A stretch of 64,000 nt of DNA. Origin: Chrysomallon squamiferum. Its lineage: Eukaryota; Animalia; Mollusca. Under the pieces are notes generated by a model, which ran no database searches, was not told the DNA's origin, and saw only the letters and a list, made by a program, of their open reading frames with translations. The stretch spans positions 2,170,001 through 2,234,000 of the forward strand of contig CM022679.1 in NCBI GenBank assembly GCA_012295275.1, written 5' to 3'. The position numbers were made by a program, and so were the translations under genes. Of the stretch, positions 31,246 to 64,000 are shown in pieces. The first letter of the stretch is position 1; each line of letters starts with the position of its first letter.

Positions 31246-32107
31246 ATAAATATATTTCACCTGTATATTACAATAAAAACATTGAAATTCCGTCATTTGT
31301 TTGTTCTACTATTTCCATAGTTAAAGCTGTTCTATATTAGGTGAGCAGTTTGAATACAGACATTGGGATTTAGGGTGATTGGCGACCTCTCGCCGCGTGC
31401 CTCGACCGTTTTGTTGTATATAATATCCCTTGCTGCTAATTTCCCACCATTTGATAGCGACAGATTTCCTCTCATCAACATGATGAATCAGCTGTGTATT
31501 AAAATCTGTTGCTCGTTTTGTTAAATAACTTCATGTCGCGGCATAGTGGTTTCGAAAGTGTGTTGTTTGAACACTGAATATGATGGCTTCATTTGCATAC
31601 GCCATAAAACCTGTTTTTGATCTCGATGATTTACGGAAATCTTTAATTAAAATAGATGAACGACCGCTTTCGAAGAAAATTAATCTTGCCATGTTTACCA
31701 AACGAAGTTTACCGTCGACATATTGCATCTTCTTTTGCATAACCACAAACAAACCTCTTTATAAAATCCGCCTGCAAAGTGTATACCGCCATCTCCGTTA
31801 ATCATCCAAAAATGCATGAGTACAGACAATTTGTATGTATCAAAATTTACACTGATTTACCAGCTCCGCATTCCGCCATTCGCAAAAATGTCGGGCAACA
31901 TACTCTAAAGGAAACGAAGAGTAATATTACGCGATAAACCAACATCCGCCGATTATAGCCATTATAATCAAAGTTACATATATCTTCATTTTCGTCGTAT
32001 TTCAGTGAATTAAAATTAAATTTTTATGTAGTTATTTTCAAAAACTTCGGAGGACATGAACTTAGAATAGAAGAACAAAAAATGTTTTAGACCGGTTACA
32101 CTGATAA

Positions 32108-32460
32108 TGTGATATTATCAGGTCATGGCATATCTGACCACGTTTTGATACTCGTACATTGCAAAATGTCCTTTTGTTTGACGTGCGATGATTCGAGACA
32201 TGTCCGCTTCATTTCACAAGAAAAACTATTAAGTAATTCAAAATAAAAGTTTATATTCTTTCTATCGATTTTATTATTTTGAAACATTAAGATCTTCCCA
32301 TAAAAAAAAAAAAAAAAAAAAAAAAAATAATAATAATAAAATAATAAAACAACATATACTTTTGTAACTTTATAAATTAAAAAAATGTTACATAAATCTT
32401 ATCTCTGCCCTTTTCTTGTGTTTTATCTTGCAAATCGGCCCATGACCTGATATTACCAAC
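32108..32460. mobile_element. MITE with ~20-bp TIRs and TTAA-like target site (Kolobok/piggyBac-type)
   Basis: Left TGTGATATTATCAGGTCATGG versus right CCATGACCTGATATTACCAAC; flanked by ATAA (32104-32107) and TTAA (32461-32464). Confidence 0.55.
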
Positions 32461-32721
32461 TTAAAAACAAACATGCAATTAGTTCTTGGGGAAAAAGCAA
32501 ATTACAAGAATACAGGTGATGTTAATGGTTCATCTATTAGTATTTTGTTTTCTTCTTAAATTTGTTAACAATAATACTTGCCAGCTTATTGAACAATCAA
32601 AACAAAGAGGTCAGTATCACTATATTTTATTATTCTCTAAGACATCAGGACAAGCAATTTGGAATTTTGGATCAAGTAGTGTGACTTTGTGCATTTAGCA
32701 ATTCATAATCTCAACATATAA

Positions 32722-32760
<39 letters not shown>

Positions 32761-33928
32761 AATCAGTTCATGCAACTTCACATTATAGGCATAAAATTTT
32801 GTATAAAATTAGTTTTAGTTTTTATACTGTGTTTCTGAACACAGGATAATTCTAATTTGATACAAAAATAAATGTGGAAAATAAATATTTGAAAATTTGT
32901 AACTTACTTTGTTTATGCTATTGATATCAAAGGACATAAATAAAAGATATAATAATAACATCATTATCATCATCATCAAAATTAGTTACTTAAAAAAGCA
33001 ACAACAAAAACCCCCTCCAAAAAACAATTTAAAAAAAAACAACAATAATAATATAATAATAAAAAAAATAAAATAAACCATGCCCAATAACTGTAAAATG
33101 TTCAAACAAGAAAAAGTTGAGTATAAAAATAAAATAAAACAAAATATATATAAAATAACAAAATGAAATGTCTAAAAATAAAATAAAATAATTGTAAAAT
33201 CTTTTACAGAGATAAAAATAATTAAGTACAATCTACTCAAATATTTTTGATCAAACAAACACTAAACAAGAATCACAGAGACCATTTTTATTTTAATAAC
33301 ACTTAAAGAGAAATTTAAAAACATATTTATACAATATTCTGAATATTCTTAAAATATTTCTACAACATATAAAACATTTTGATTGGGTACATGAATTTAT
33401 AACACATTTTACAGTATATTGAATACATGATTTTATGAAACATTTGGTTATAAAATGATAAACGTTAATACAGAAAATTGGCATTTCAAAGATTTTCTTA
33501 AATAGTATAAACATAAAACAGATGTCTCTGAATGGCCTTAAGCATACTCATAATAAAGATTTAAAAACCTTATTTCACAAATATCCATAAAAATATATTA
33601 ATAATAAAATATATATTACACATATGAATATATATTTGTTTTAATATATATATAAAATAAAAACTATTCAGAAACTTTTTAAATTATCTAAAAAGAGCAA
33701 ATAAAATAAAACATTTACATTTCATTAATATAAAATGAATCTAACAAAATTTCAGTCATTAAGTTTTACATTAAAGCTGAAATGAACACAGTCAGAAAAT
33801 ACACAGTGAATGAAAAGTAATCCACTGAGATAGCCTAAATGTTTAATATAAGCTGTAAAGCTAATCTGTAGTTATCTGTCTATCTAAAACATTTCTCTCA
33901 CATTTCTCTCACATTCAACTGTTACACA

Positions 33929-52288
<18,360 letters not shown>

Positions 52289-52365
52289 CGCTGTTATTTA
52301 TTTATTTTTTAAACTCCATGGTTCAAGTTATGAGATAAATTATTTTGACCGGGTTGTTTTCCTCT

Positions 52366-52420
52366 GTTGCCATATAGCGGACAAGGATCGCACTATCATA
52401 ATAGCTGGCACGTGATTGGT
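52366..52420 (-). promoter_or_regulatory. VWA3A proximal promoter motifs: RFX half-site, E-box, CCAAT box
   Basis: GTTGCCAT at 52366-52373, CACGTG at 52409-52414 and an overlapping GATTGG (CCAAT on minus), 80-130 bp upstream of the predicted ATG in a CpG-containing patch. Confidence 0.4.
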
Positions 52421-52727
52421 TAAAACATGCAGAATCTACCGGTTATCTTCAATTGCTCCATTTCACTGCGTGAACAGCATAAAACTAGTCGATAAACCAA
52501 CCACCTGTCAAAATTTAATATTGTGCATGAACATATTTAGTTTAGTTAATTCACCCTCTCCTGTTTAAGCTTCAGATGAAGATAAATTCAGTCATACGTT
52601 AGTTAGGTTTTTAAATTATTATTATTATTATTTATTTATTTTATTTTATCTTTCCATAGAAATTGAAGCACAAGCCATGTCCTTTCATAAGTCAACTTGT
52701 ACTAGCCGAACAGGTGCTCTAAGTAAT

Positions 52728-52781
<54 letters not shown>

Positions 52782-54353
52782 GTAATAACAATGATAATAA
52801 CAATAACAATAACAATAATTTAAAAACCTAACTGGGAGATGTTTTAATAAATTAGAAATTTGAAACGTGATCATGACAGACAAAAATTCTATGTAGACAT
52901 GCACTTTCATTTATTTATTGGTTTCATTTTGTTGGATTTTTTTTAAAGTTTTTTTTGTTATTGTTGTTTTTTATAATGTGTAAAGAGTTCTTAAGTTAGA
53001 TATAGGTTATTATGCACGTAAAGACCAGCATGAAAGAAAACAAATAATTACATTTTGGTCGTAAGTGATTTTTGTCTTTAACACTAGATACAAAACATCA
53101 TATGTAATACTTTTAAAAAAATTGTCAGCTTTGAATTTAATTTGGCGATCTTTTCATGCATCAGATAACAAATTTTATTTCGCGGCCGAAGAATACATTA
53201 TTTCCGAATTTTCTTCGACGAAGTCTGACATCTATATTCTTTTTGTTTATTGTTGTTGTCATGAACAAAAAGCTTAATAAATAAATAACATGCTATTTGG
53301 ATTACACCAAAAATGTTTTACGTTAAAGAAATGAGATTAAATATAATAGGCTGTCATAATCCAGCTAAATTATTTTTAGATGATTTAGTTAAATTTTATC
53401 TTTGTTCATTTATTTATGAATATTTCATTTTATATATATTTATATATTTGAAAATTGATTTCACTTATGTGATTGTTTCTTTAGGGGTCGCTACTTAGTG
53501 AACTAACGTAAATACATTATTAGCCCCAGTAAACAAACAAATGAAGCTTGGGTTTAAAAATGATTTTCTCTTACAAACTTGAGGAAAGTAATCATGTCCA
53601 AAATAGATAAAGACAAAATATTCGCAAGCACAATGGAAGCGACTTCAGTAAAATAACACAATTAGACAGATTCCCAAAACGTGCATGTATCGACAAATTT
53701 TGGTAGATGTCTTTTCCTTAGTCATGTGTATAATAATCTAGATTTAATAATAATAAAAATAAAATATATAAATAAATAAATAAATCTAAATGAATTAAAT
53801 TAACAGTTATGTTAATGATTTTTGTATAACAGTGATTAAGAATAAAAATCTGTTGTCGCTATGCCAAGGGTTGTAGAAACAATCATGGTTGTCCATCTTT
53901 ACAGACATTTGTATAAACAAGATGTATTGAAGAAAAATAGCTATTAAAAGGACTGATCCCACTACCATTTATTCCTTATTACTATTAAATGAATGAATGA
54001 ATGGAAAAATAAAATACAAAAAAAAAAAAAAAAAAAAGTACTGATAGCAAAGCGATACAAAAATTAACTTCCAATGGCAACAGTGTACGTGTTTTCTTAC
54101 AGAGAAACCAAAGACATGATAAAGCGCTAAAAGCAAACTATCAAGTTCGATCAAGATTGAAGAAACGGCAACTTTTCAAAGACGTGTACCCAATCTGAAA
54201 ACGTTAGCAAATCTCAGCGGGAGATAAACAAACAAACATAATGAAACAAATCTAAATCGGTATTTGAGTCAAATGATCTAAAGTAATGACGTCTCAATAA
54301 TTAACGTGACGTCACAATGCTGTTTAATACTTAAAATAGTACATAATAAATTA

Positions 54354-54975
54354 CGGTGGAATTATCTTTAGCGGCACCCGAAATTAGCAGCACCTACGAT
54401 GTACGAACATTTTTCTGAGTACAGGTTGTTTTTCAATACGTGTCCTATAAATCAGCGGACACGTTATACGCTATCGCAGACTGCATTTCTAAAATTATTA
54501 TTCCAGTGACAAATCGTGCGCGTTTTAAACATTTAGTATGTAATATTGATAATTCAAACATTCAACATCATTCCATGCATATCTATGTTTTATAAACACC
54601 GCATCTTTGCGGTACTTTCGAGGTCGAAAAGTTGGTGAGGCTGGCACAAATCTAAGCTCTACTTGTGCTTCATACACAATATTTTTTAAAACATAAATAT
54701 ACCTTGTGCTTATTATGAATTTTATGGCATGCATAACTTTTATATACATCCATCAATGTTCTCGGTGTATTTGCAGTTGTATTTTAACTGAAAGCGATGC
54801 TCGGCCACAACGATTTATGCTTGTTGTGGGTACTGGTGCAATGGATGTGAATAAGATTGTAAATATGTTCACAAACACTGTAATTTTTGTTTTGTCCCTC
54901 TGATAAAAGGACACGTGTAATATAGGGACGCTTTTGATCGGCCCGATGGGTGTCCGTACAAGAAAACAACCACTG
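54354..54975. mobile_element. Tc1/pogo (Tigger-like) non-autonomous element, ~620 bp
   Basis: TA-flanked degenerate TIRs CGGTGGAATTATCTTTAGCGGCACC / GGTGTCCGTACAAGAAAACAACCACTG; internal GGACAC/GTCC subterminal repeats; CpG-rich relative to flanks. Confidence 0.6.
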
Positions 54976-55214
54976 TATATATAAAATAAATAAATAAAAT
55001 CTTAACTATATGTTTTTTAAATAATTAAATTTAAAAAATCAAAATAATAATTTTAAAAAATCGGCACAAACAAATCTGAGCGTAATAAAAATTCTGTAAA
55101 AAATAAACACAGATTCACCTCAATGTTTTATAATAAAAATGTTAAAAATAAAATAATATAATTCTCAGTACTGCTGGCTCACTGAACAAAGTGATGGGAA
55201 ACGTCATCAAGAAA

Positions 55215-55222
55215 TGACGTCA
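55215..55222. promoter_or_regulatory. Perfect CRE palindrome ~50 bp upstream of the orphan gene ATG
   Basis: TGACGTCA at 55215-55222 with a half-site ACGTCA at 55201-55206; a second perfect CRE at 54307-54314. Confidence 0.45.
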
Positions 55223-55271
55223 AACATTTCAATGAGCGAACTATAGTGGCAATGTCTAAATTTCTAAAACA

Positions 55272-55521
55272 ATGTCAGAACACGGTTTCTATTACGGAAA
55301 GATTCACAGATTATTCGACAGGTTCATCAAACGAGTCGATTTTAATTTGAATCCATTTGAAGAGAGGAAAATACGAAGTGTTGAAGAAGATGATGTTTAC
55401 AAGACGACTAGCCATTTTGTACCGCATTCTCTCTCCGTTGTACTTTGTGAAGACTTTAATTCTGATAAAATACCAAGCTACAAACAGTTTTCGTTAGGTA
55501 ATATTAGTTAACAATTAAATT

Positions 55522-55561
<40 letters not shown>

Positions 55562-55979
55562 TATATATATATAATTAAATAATTAAAATGACAATAATAA
55601 AATAATAATAAAAAATATTTAAAAGAAATATATAATGATAGAAGAAAAAAAAAAAAATAATAATAATAAAAATATAAGACCAGAGAATTTTTTTGGTAAT
55701 ATTAATCATTATCGAGTTAAACAATGAAAAACAATTTCTTCAAACACATAACTAATAATACTTTAATTATATCATTACTGCTACTGCTGTTGCTACTACC
55801 ATTATTATTATGCAGCTACTACTACTGCTATCACCACCTCCAATAATACCACTACCATTACTGCTACAGCTGCTACTAATAATAATAATGAAATCAAAAA
55901 TAAGCTTCACATTACAGTAATTATTTTCTATACACTACTCTGTATATATACACACACACACGCACGCACAAACGTATAT

Positions 55980-56012
<33 letters not shown>

Positions 56013-58542
56013 TATATGTTGTTAATGTTTCTGTCTATCAGATGATTTCTGGGACTATCTGTACTCCAGTAGATGGAAGGATTCGTGCACGCTGCGGGTT
56101 CTAGATGGAGCGTTGTTGCAGATGCTTCTTCATGGCATGTACGTCATGGAGCGCGACCACGAGGCAGTCTGCCAGAAACACTCCGCCTTCGTGAAAAATC
56201 GGCGGCGTTTGCGACCATGTTTGAAAACATCAAAAACAAAGGTTTGCATGTACCTTCTCACTGACAGTAAAGTACATACCATAGCTTTTGATAAGTTAGT
56301 GATAAACTAGCTAAAACGAGCCCACTAAAGCAGACTGATAATCAACGACAACTTGATAAGAGATAGAAAATAAGGAACTCTGTGCAGAGATCTTGTTAAA
56401 TTTGAATTGATTTAATTATTCTTTGTTCGTATATTCAGGCAGTATTTTCCTTTGTTAAAATATTCATTAAATTACTAATTAGCATGCGATTATTCCGTAA
56501 CATTCTGCATTATTGAAATAAAGATTATTTTTCAGGATCTTCCAGTCGTCAATGAAATTCTGCTAGTAACTATTTATTACTATTCGAAAGAATTTCTGGA
56601 AGTGGATTCTTATGAAAATAAAGACAGCAGGCCACCATCTGCAAGACAGTCCAGCTCACTTACTTCCATTTCAAGCGGACAGAGGATAATAAAGATTTTG
56701 GATCCCGTTCCTTTCAATCAGCAGAAAGTCTCCGATGTAGACATCATCTTGCCCAGAATGAAAGAACCACGACTTTCAATTCCAAAATTAATAAAAAGTT
56801 ACGAATCGGATTTAGATGTCAGGGCTAGCATTCTGGCTGGTATGGGTTACAAAACACTGCCTAAAATAACATCATCTTTGAAACCATCGTCTGTGACAGT
56901 CCCAGCGAAACTGAAAGTTGAATACAAGTCGTTACCATCTGAAAAAAAGAAATCGTTGCAAGGAGTTTTGCAGTACCCATATAAGTACAGTTATTTGAAA
57001 AAGAAAAAAAAACGTCACAGTGTACATTTTCCAATATTATCACATTCTGGATTATTGCAGGAAGCCAACGATGATAATATCCCCTTAGAGAAACCAGCTA
57101 CTCTTGCAAGTACTTACCCGTATATACAAGAAAGTGAAAGTTTCAGAAGTAGAAATTATTCAAAACTGTTTCCATTCAGTCCGGAACTGGAAGGCAAATT
57201 TCAACAAGGTGAGAGTGATCAGTCAGATCTGGAAAAGTGGCTTTTCGAAAAATGTTCCAGACCCAGTGAGGAAGAAGAAATGCCAGTAAGTGAGAAGATT
57301 TTTTGGAAAAGCAAGCAAAAACTACACCACAGACTGATACAACTCAAACAAGAAGAAAAAAAAAAGGTGAAAGACAAGAGTGAAAATCTGACAAAATTAT
57401 TAAGGAATCGCCCTAAAATAAGCTTTATCCAAAAAGATGCACCAAAACAGATTCAGTCAGTGATTAAAATATTGAGTCGTACACCATCTTTTACTGAATA
57501 TGCCAAGTACATTGAAGAAGAAAACTTACGAAAGAAGAAAAAAATGAGCAGAGCAAGCGAGCTGGAAAGAAGAAAATATGATGAAGTCAGTGAAAAGAGC
57601 GTATCAATAATTCCCAAGTTAGAGAGTGGCAGCAGCAGCAGCAGCACCAGCAGCAGCAGCAGTTCAAAGGGTTCAAAAAGTGTGAAAACTGAGCCTAACA
57701 ACATCCTCACTGACAGTTCAGTACAAAAGATTTCGTCAACGCCGACCACCAGTCATGTTCTTACAAGTCAAAAATCTACTGAATATACAGAGGCAACAAC
57801 AGAAGGCAAAATTTTACCACCGATTAGGACATCATTCAGTCCTTTAACATACACTACAACAACAAACGGTCGAACTGAGTCACAACATCATACAGACAGT
57901 CAAACATCAACCAGACGTCGAAGTTCTCAGAGGAGCAGATGTAAGAAGTCACTGAAAGACGACTCAAAATGTGTACATGATTATCAGAAAAAGGTGCGCC
58001 AGTCAAAGCTGAGGAAAGCTAACAGCGAGATGGGTGTGTATGACTCAGATGGGACTGACAGCGAGATGAGCAGTGAGAGTTTGTTTGATACCAGCAAACT
58101 GAACATTAGTTACAGCTTTGAAAATCTCGCTGTCACTAGGCTTCATCCGAAGTTGGCTCATGTTATGTCTAGGTATCTGGGAGTGGACGCGACTGTACAG
58201 ACATGGAAAGATTACAAACATCGGTCCACTACGGAAACTGACATCAGTGTACCAGTTGATGGAAGGAGTGGAGATGACCCTGCTGTTCTGCTCGACAAAC
58301 ACAAACACGTGCTGGGAAAACTGAGATCTTTCAAATTTTTACAGAACTCCAACCATGTCACCACTCTGCCAACTTTGAAAGAAATAAACTTCAGACACCC
58401 AACGTTCCAAGAGTTTTTCTGCAAACTGCAAGATGCAATGAATGATTTTGTTGTTCGAAGAGAATGTGTCATTACAAGCGATGGTTACAGAAATATAACG
58501 TCTGTTACTTTCACACGTCCATCTGTTTTTTGGAAGTGTTGA
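55272..58542 (+). CDS. Uncharacterised ~810-aa protein, 3 exons; long Ser/Lys/Thr-rich disordered centre between two likely folded ends
   Basis: Exons 55272-55497, 56042-56241 and 56536-58542 have canonical GT-AG sites and join in frame (2433 nt). The last exon is a 2-kb non-repetitive ORF, very unlikely by chance in AT-rich DNA. AATAAA at 58608-58613. No family recognised. Confidence 0.85.
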
Positions 58543-59820
58543 TTGTTACATGTTGTCATCTCTGGGAAATGCTCAAACATTAAATAATGCTAAATTACTG
58601 TGAGATAAATAAACAGGAAAAATAAGATTATTTATCATTCTTAACAAAAAGAGCTAAATTTAGTCCAATTTGTGAAACAAGAAAATGAAAATAAATTAAT
58701 ATCTGCAAATTTGCATGTTTGTTTTAGAATTAACCTACAACCTGTAGCCCAAAATATGAGAAGATAAATAAAAAAATTCACAGCAGCTTTCTCTTCTGAT
58801 ATCATTAAAGAAAAATACATTAGTTATTCAGTAGAATCATTCTGTACTTAATGAGGTTTATGCAGAACATTTATGTAGGCTATTTGCCCATTCCAACTTG
58901 AACTCGATGTGTTGTTTATTAAAAGCTGTCATTAAATATAACTTGTTGCTAAAATTAAGCATGGGTATTATTATTCTTTCATTTCATAACTAATAATTAT
59001 TAACATTCAAATATGTTGTGATATTGTTAAATCACGTAATATTATTTCAACTATCAGTTCTTTTTTGCATGCACATAAAAACACATAAAACACACACACA
59101 CACACACACAAACACAAACAAAATATGAACTGAAGTACTAGTTTTAAATTCTTTTCACTAAATAAAATCATTTGACATCAGTTTTGATTCAACCCAGCAT
59201 GTCTAAACAACAAACACAGATATGTTATAAAGTTTCAATATATTTCCAATAAATATTACACAACAGACAAAAAATATAAAATATATTTAAAAAAATATTA
59301 TTTACATAGTGTACATTGCATAAAATTTTACTGAACAAAAAATCTAAACAGCTTCAATAATGGTGTGCAAAGTGTGTTTTTAAGTATAATTGTACAGGTG
59401 TTTTTGTGTATATATGTATGTGTATATGCACACGTTTTTGTATATATGTACATATATTTATATATATATATGCATGTGTGTGTTTACATTGTCAGAATAG
59501 CCTCTTATTATTACTCGTGTGTGGTTTTGCTGATCAGTCCTCTCTATGTTAAGTCTGTAATCTTTCCAAATAATGCTCCAGATATTATTATTATTATTAT
59601 TAAATTACAGCACAGTGCAAATAAAATATTCCTTTCTGCTTACTATCAACAGAAAAATTGGTGGAAGAAGGTTTTCTCTTATTTAAATAAAAAAAAAAAA
59701 AAAAAAAAAATAATCATTACTATCAAAATATGTTGACAGTTTTATGTAAATATTTAATCCTTTTTTCATCTAAAAAGAAGACAAAAAAATAATAATAAAA
59801 ATAAAATTAAAAATAAAAAA

Positions 59821-59864
<44 letters not shown>

Positions 59865-59990
59865 ACAATTAAAAAATCAATTAAAATTAAGGGTGCTTTA
59901 ATTTGGGCAAGATTTATTTGTATGTAATATAAGTTATTGGTGTTAAATAGAAATGTGGTTTTTCTCGTAACAAGATGATAAAATAATGTA

Positions 59991-63191
<3,201 letters not shown>

Positions 63192-64000
63192 CTAAGAAAA
63201 AACCAAACAAATACAAACAGATTAGAATGTTATTTCATAAAACTGCCAGAAAATTAAAAATTTGTAAATTTTATTTGTGAAGGTAAATAAATAATGTTTA
63301 AAAAATGAATATTAATTTAGTATACCCCAATTATTAATATGTTTTCTTTTCTTTTTTATAAATGATAATTTGAGTGAAGTCTAAAACAATTCTTTATGTG
63401 TTTGAGTTACTATTGTATTATATTTGAAAAATCTGCAATTTTATTATTAACAAATGATGACAATGAAATAATACTGTTACAAAACTTTTGAAAACTGCAA
63501 TCTTGCACTTTGTGATTCATGACATCACAGTGTAGACAAAAAACTAATAAGTGTTTTTGTTTTTTTTCTGACATGCAATAACAAACAGAACAAACTGGTC
63601 AACCCTGAACATGATGTTATCACAAGAACCAAAAATTGGCAACACACATATATTTTTAACTGTTCTCTTTTCTTGTAAAACTTCAATATTAATTAAAATA
63701 ATAAAACATAACTCTAAAGTATGTAGCACATATTTAGACTATTTCTTTGTATCAACTTCTACTTTAAATAATGATTAATATAAGAAAGGATTATTGCTGC
63801 CATCCTACTCTGACTTTCACAAACATGAAAACCTATCCAGCTTCCTGAAAACCGACTAAACAATTTTGTTCTTTACTTTTCACTGTTTCGTTCATATTTT
63901 ATGTATTCATTAAGGTTTGGACAAGAAAACGAGGAAAACGAGAAAATCTAGAAATCTGGATCACATCTGATCTGATGCTGGCCAGATAAAATAATGATCT

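Noticed and set aside
56602-58542. 646-aa ORF as a standalone gene or transposon protein
   Set aside because: It starts at GTG inside a longer exon (acceptor at 56534-56535) that splices in frame to two upstream exons; no DDE, RT or endonuclease motifs were seen.

Overview
AT-rich, intron-rich animal genomic DNA, not prokaryotic; the gene set and repeat style suggest a marine invertebrate, probably a mollusc (inference only). Splicing by hand at GT-AG sites with consistent phases gives eight protein-coding genes: the 3' part of eIF3L (+), a CARHSP1/CSDC2 cold-shock-domain gene (-), complete DNAAF5/HEATR2 (-), two head-to-head trypsin-family serine proteases, VWA3A (-, 31 intact exons plus one scrambled exon), an unrecognised 3-exon ~810-aa gene (+), and the 3' part of RINT1 (-). 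Introns and intergenic DNA carry microsatellites and several small non-autonomous DNA transposons (hAT-, Tc1/pogo- and TTAA-type, plus fold-back elements). The most notable unexplained structure is a four-unit ~250-bp tandem array at 4.1-5.1 kb. Each unit contains a ~77-nt hairpin whose two arms are essentially invariant while loop and flanks diverge, making it a candidate novel miRNA or structured-RNA cluster. Other leads are the divergent protease pair (possible zymogen cascade), the degenerate VWA3A exon (exon loss or assembly artefact) and the orphan gene. Gene identities come from recalled protein motifs; no database search was run.
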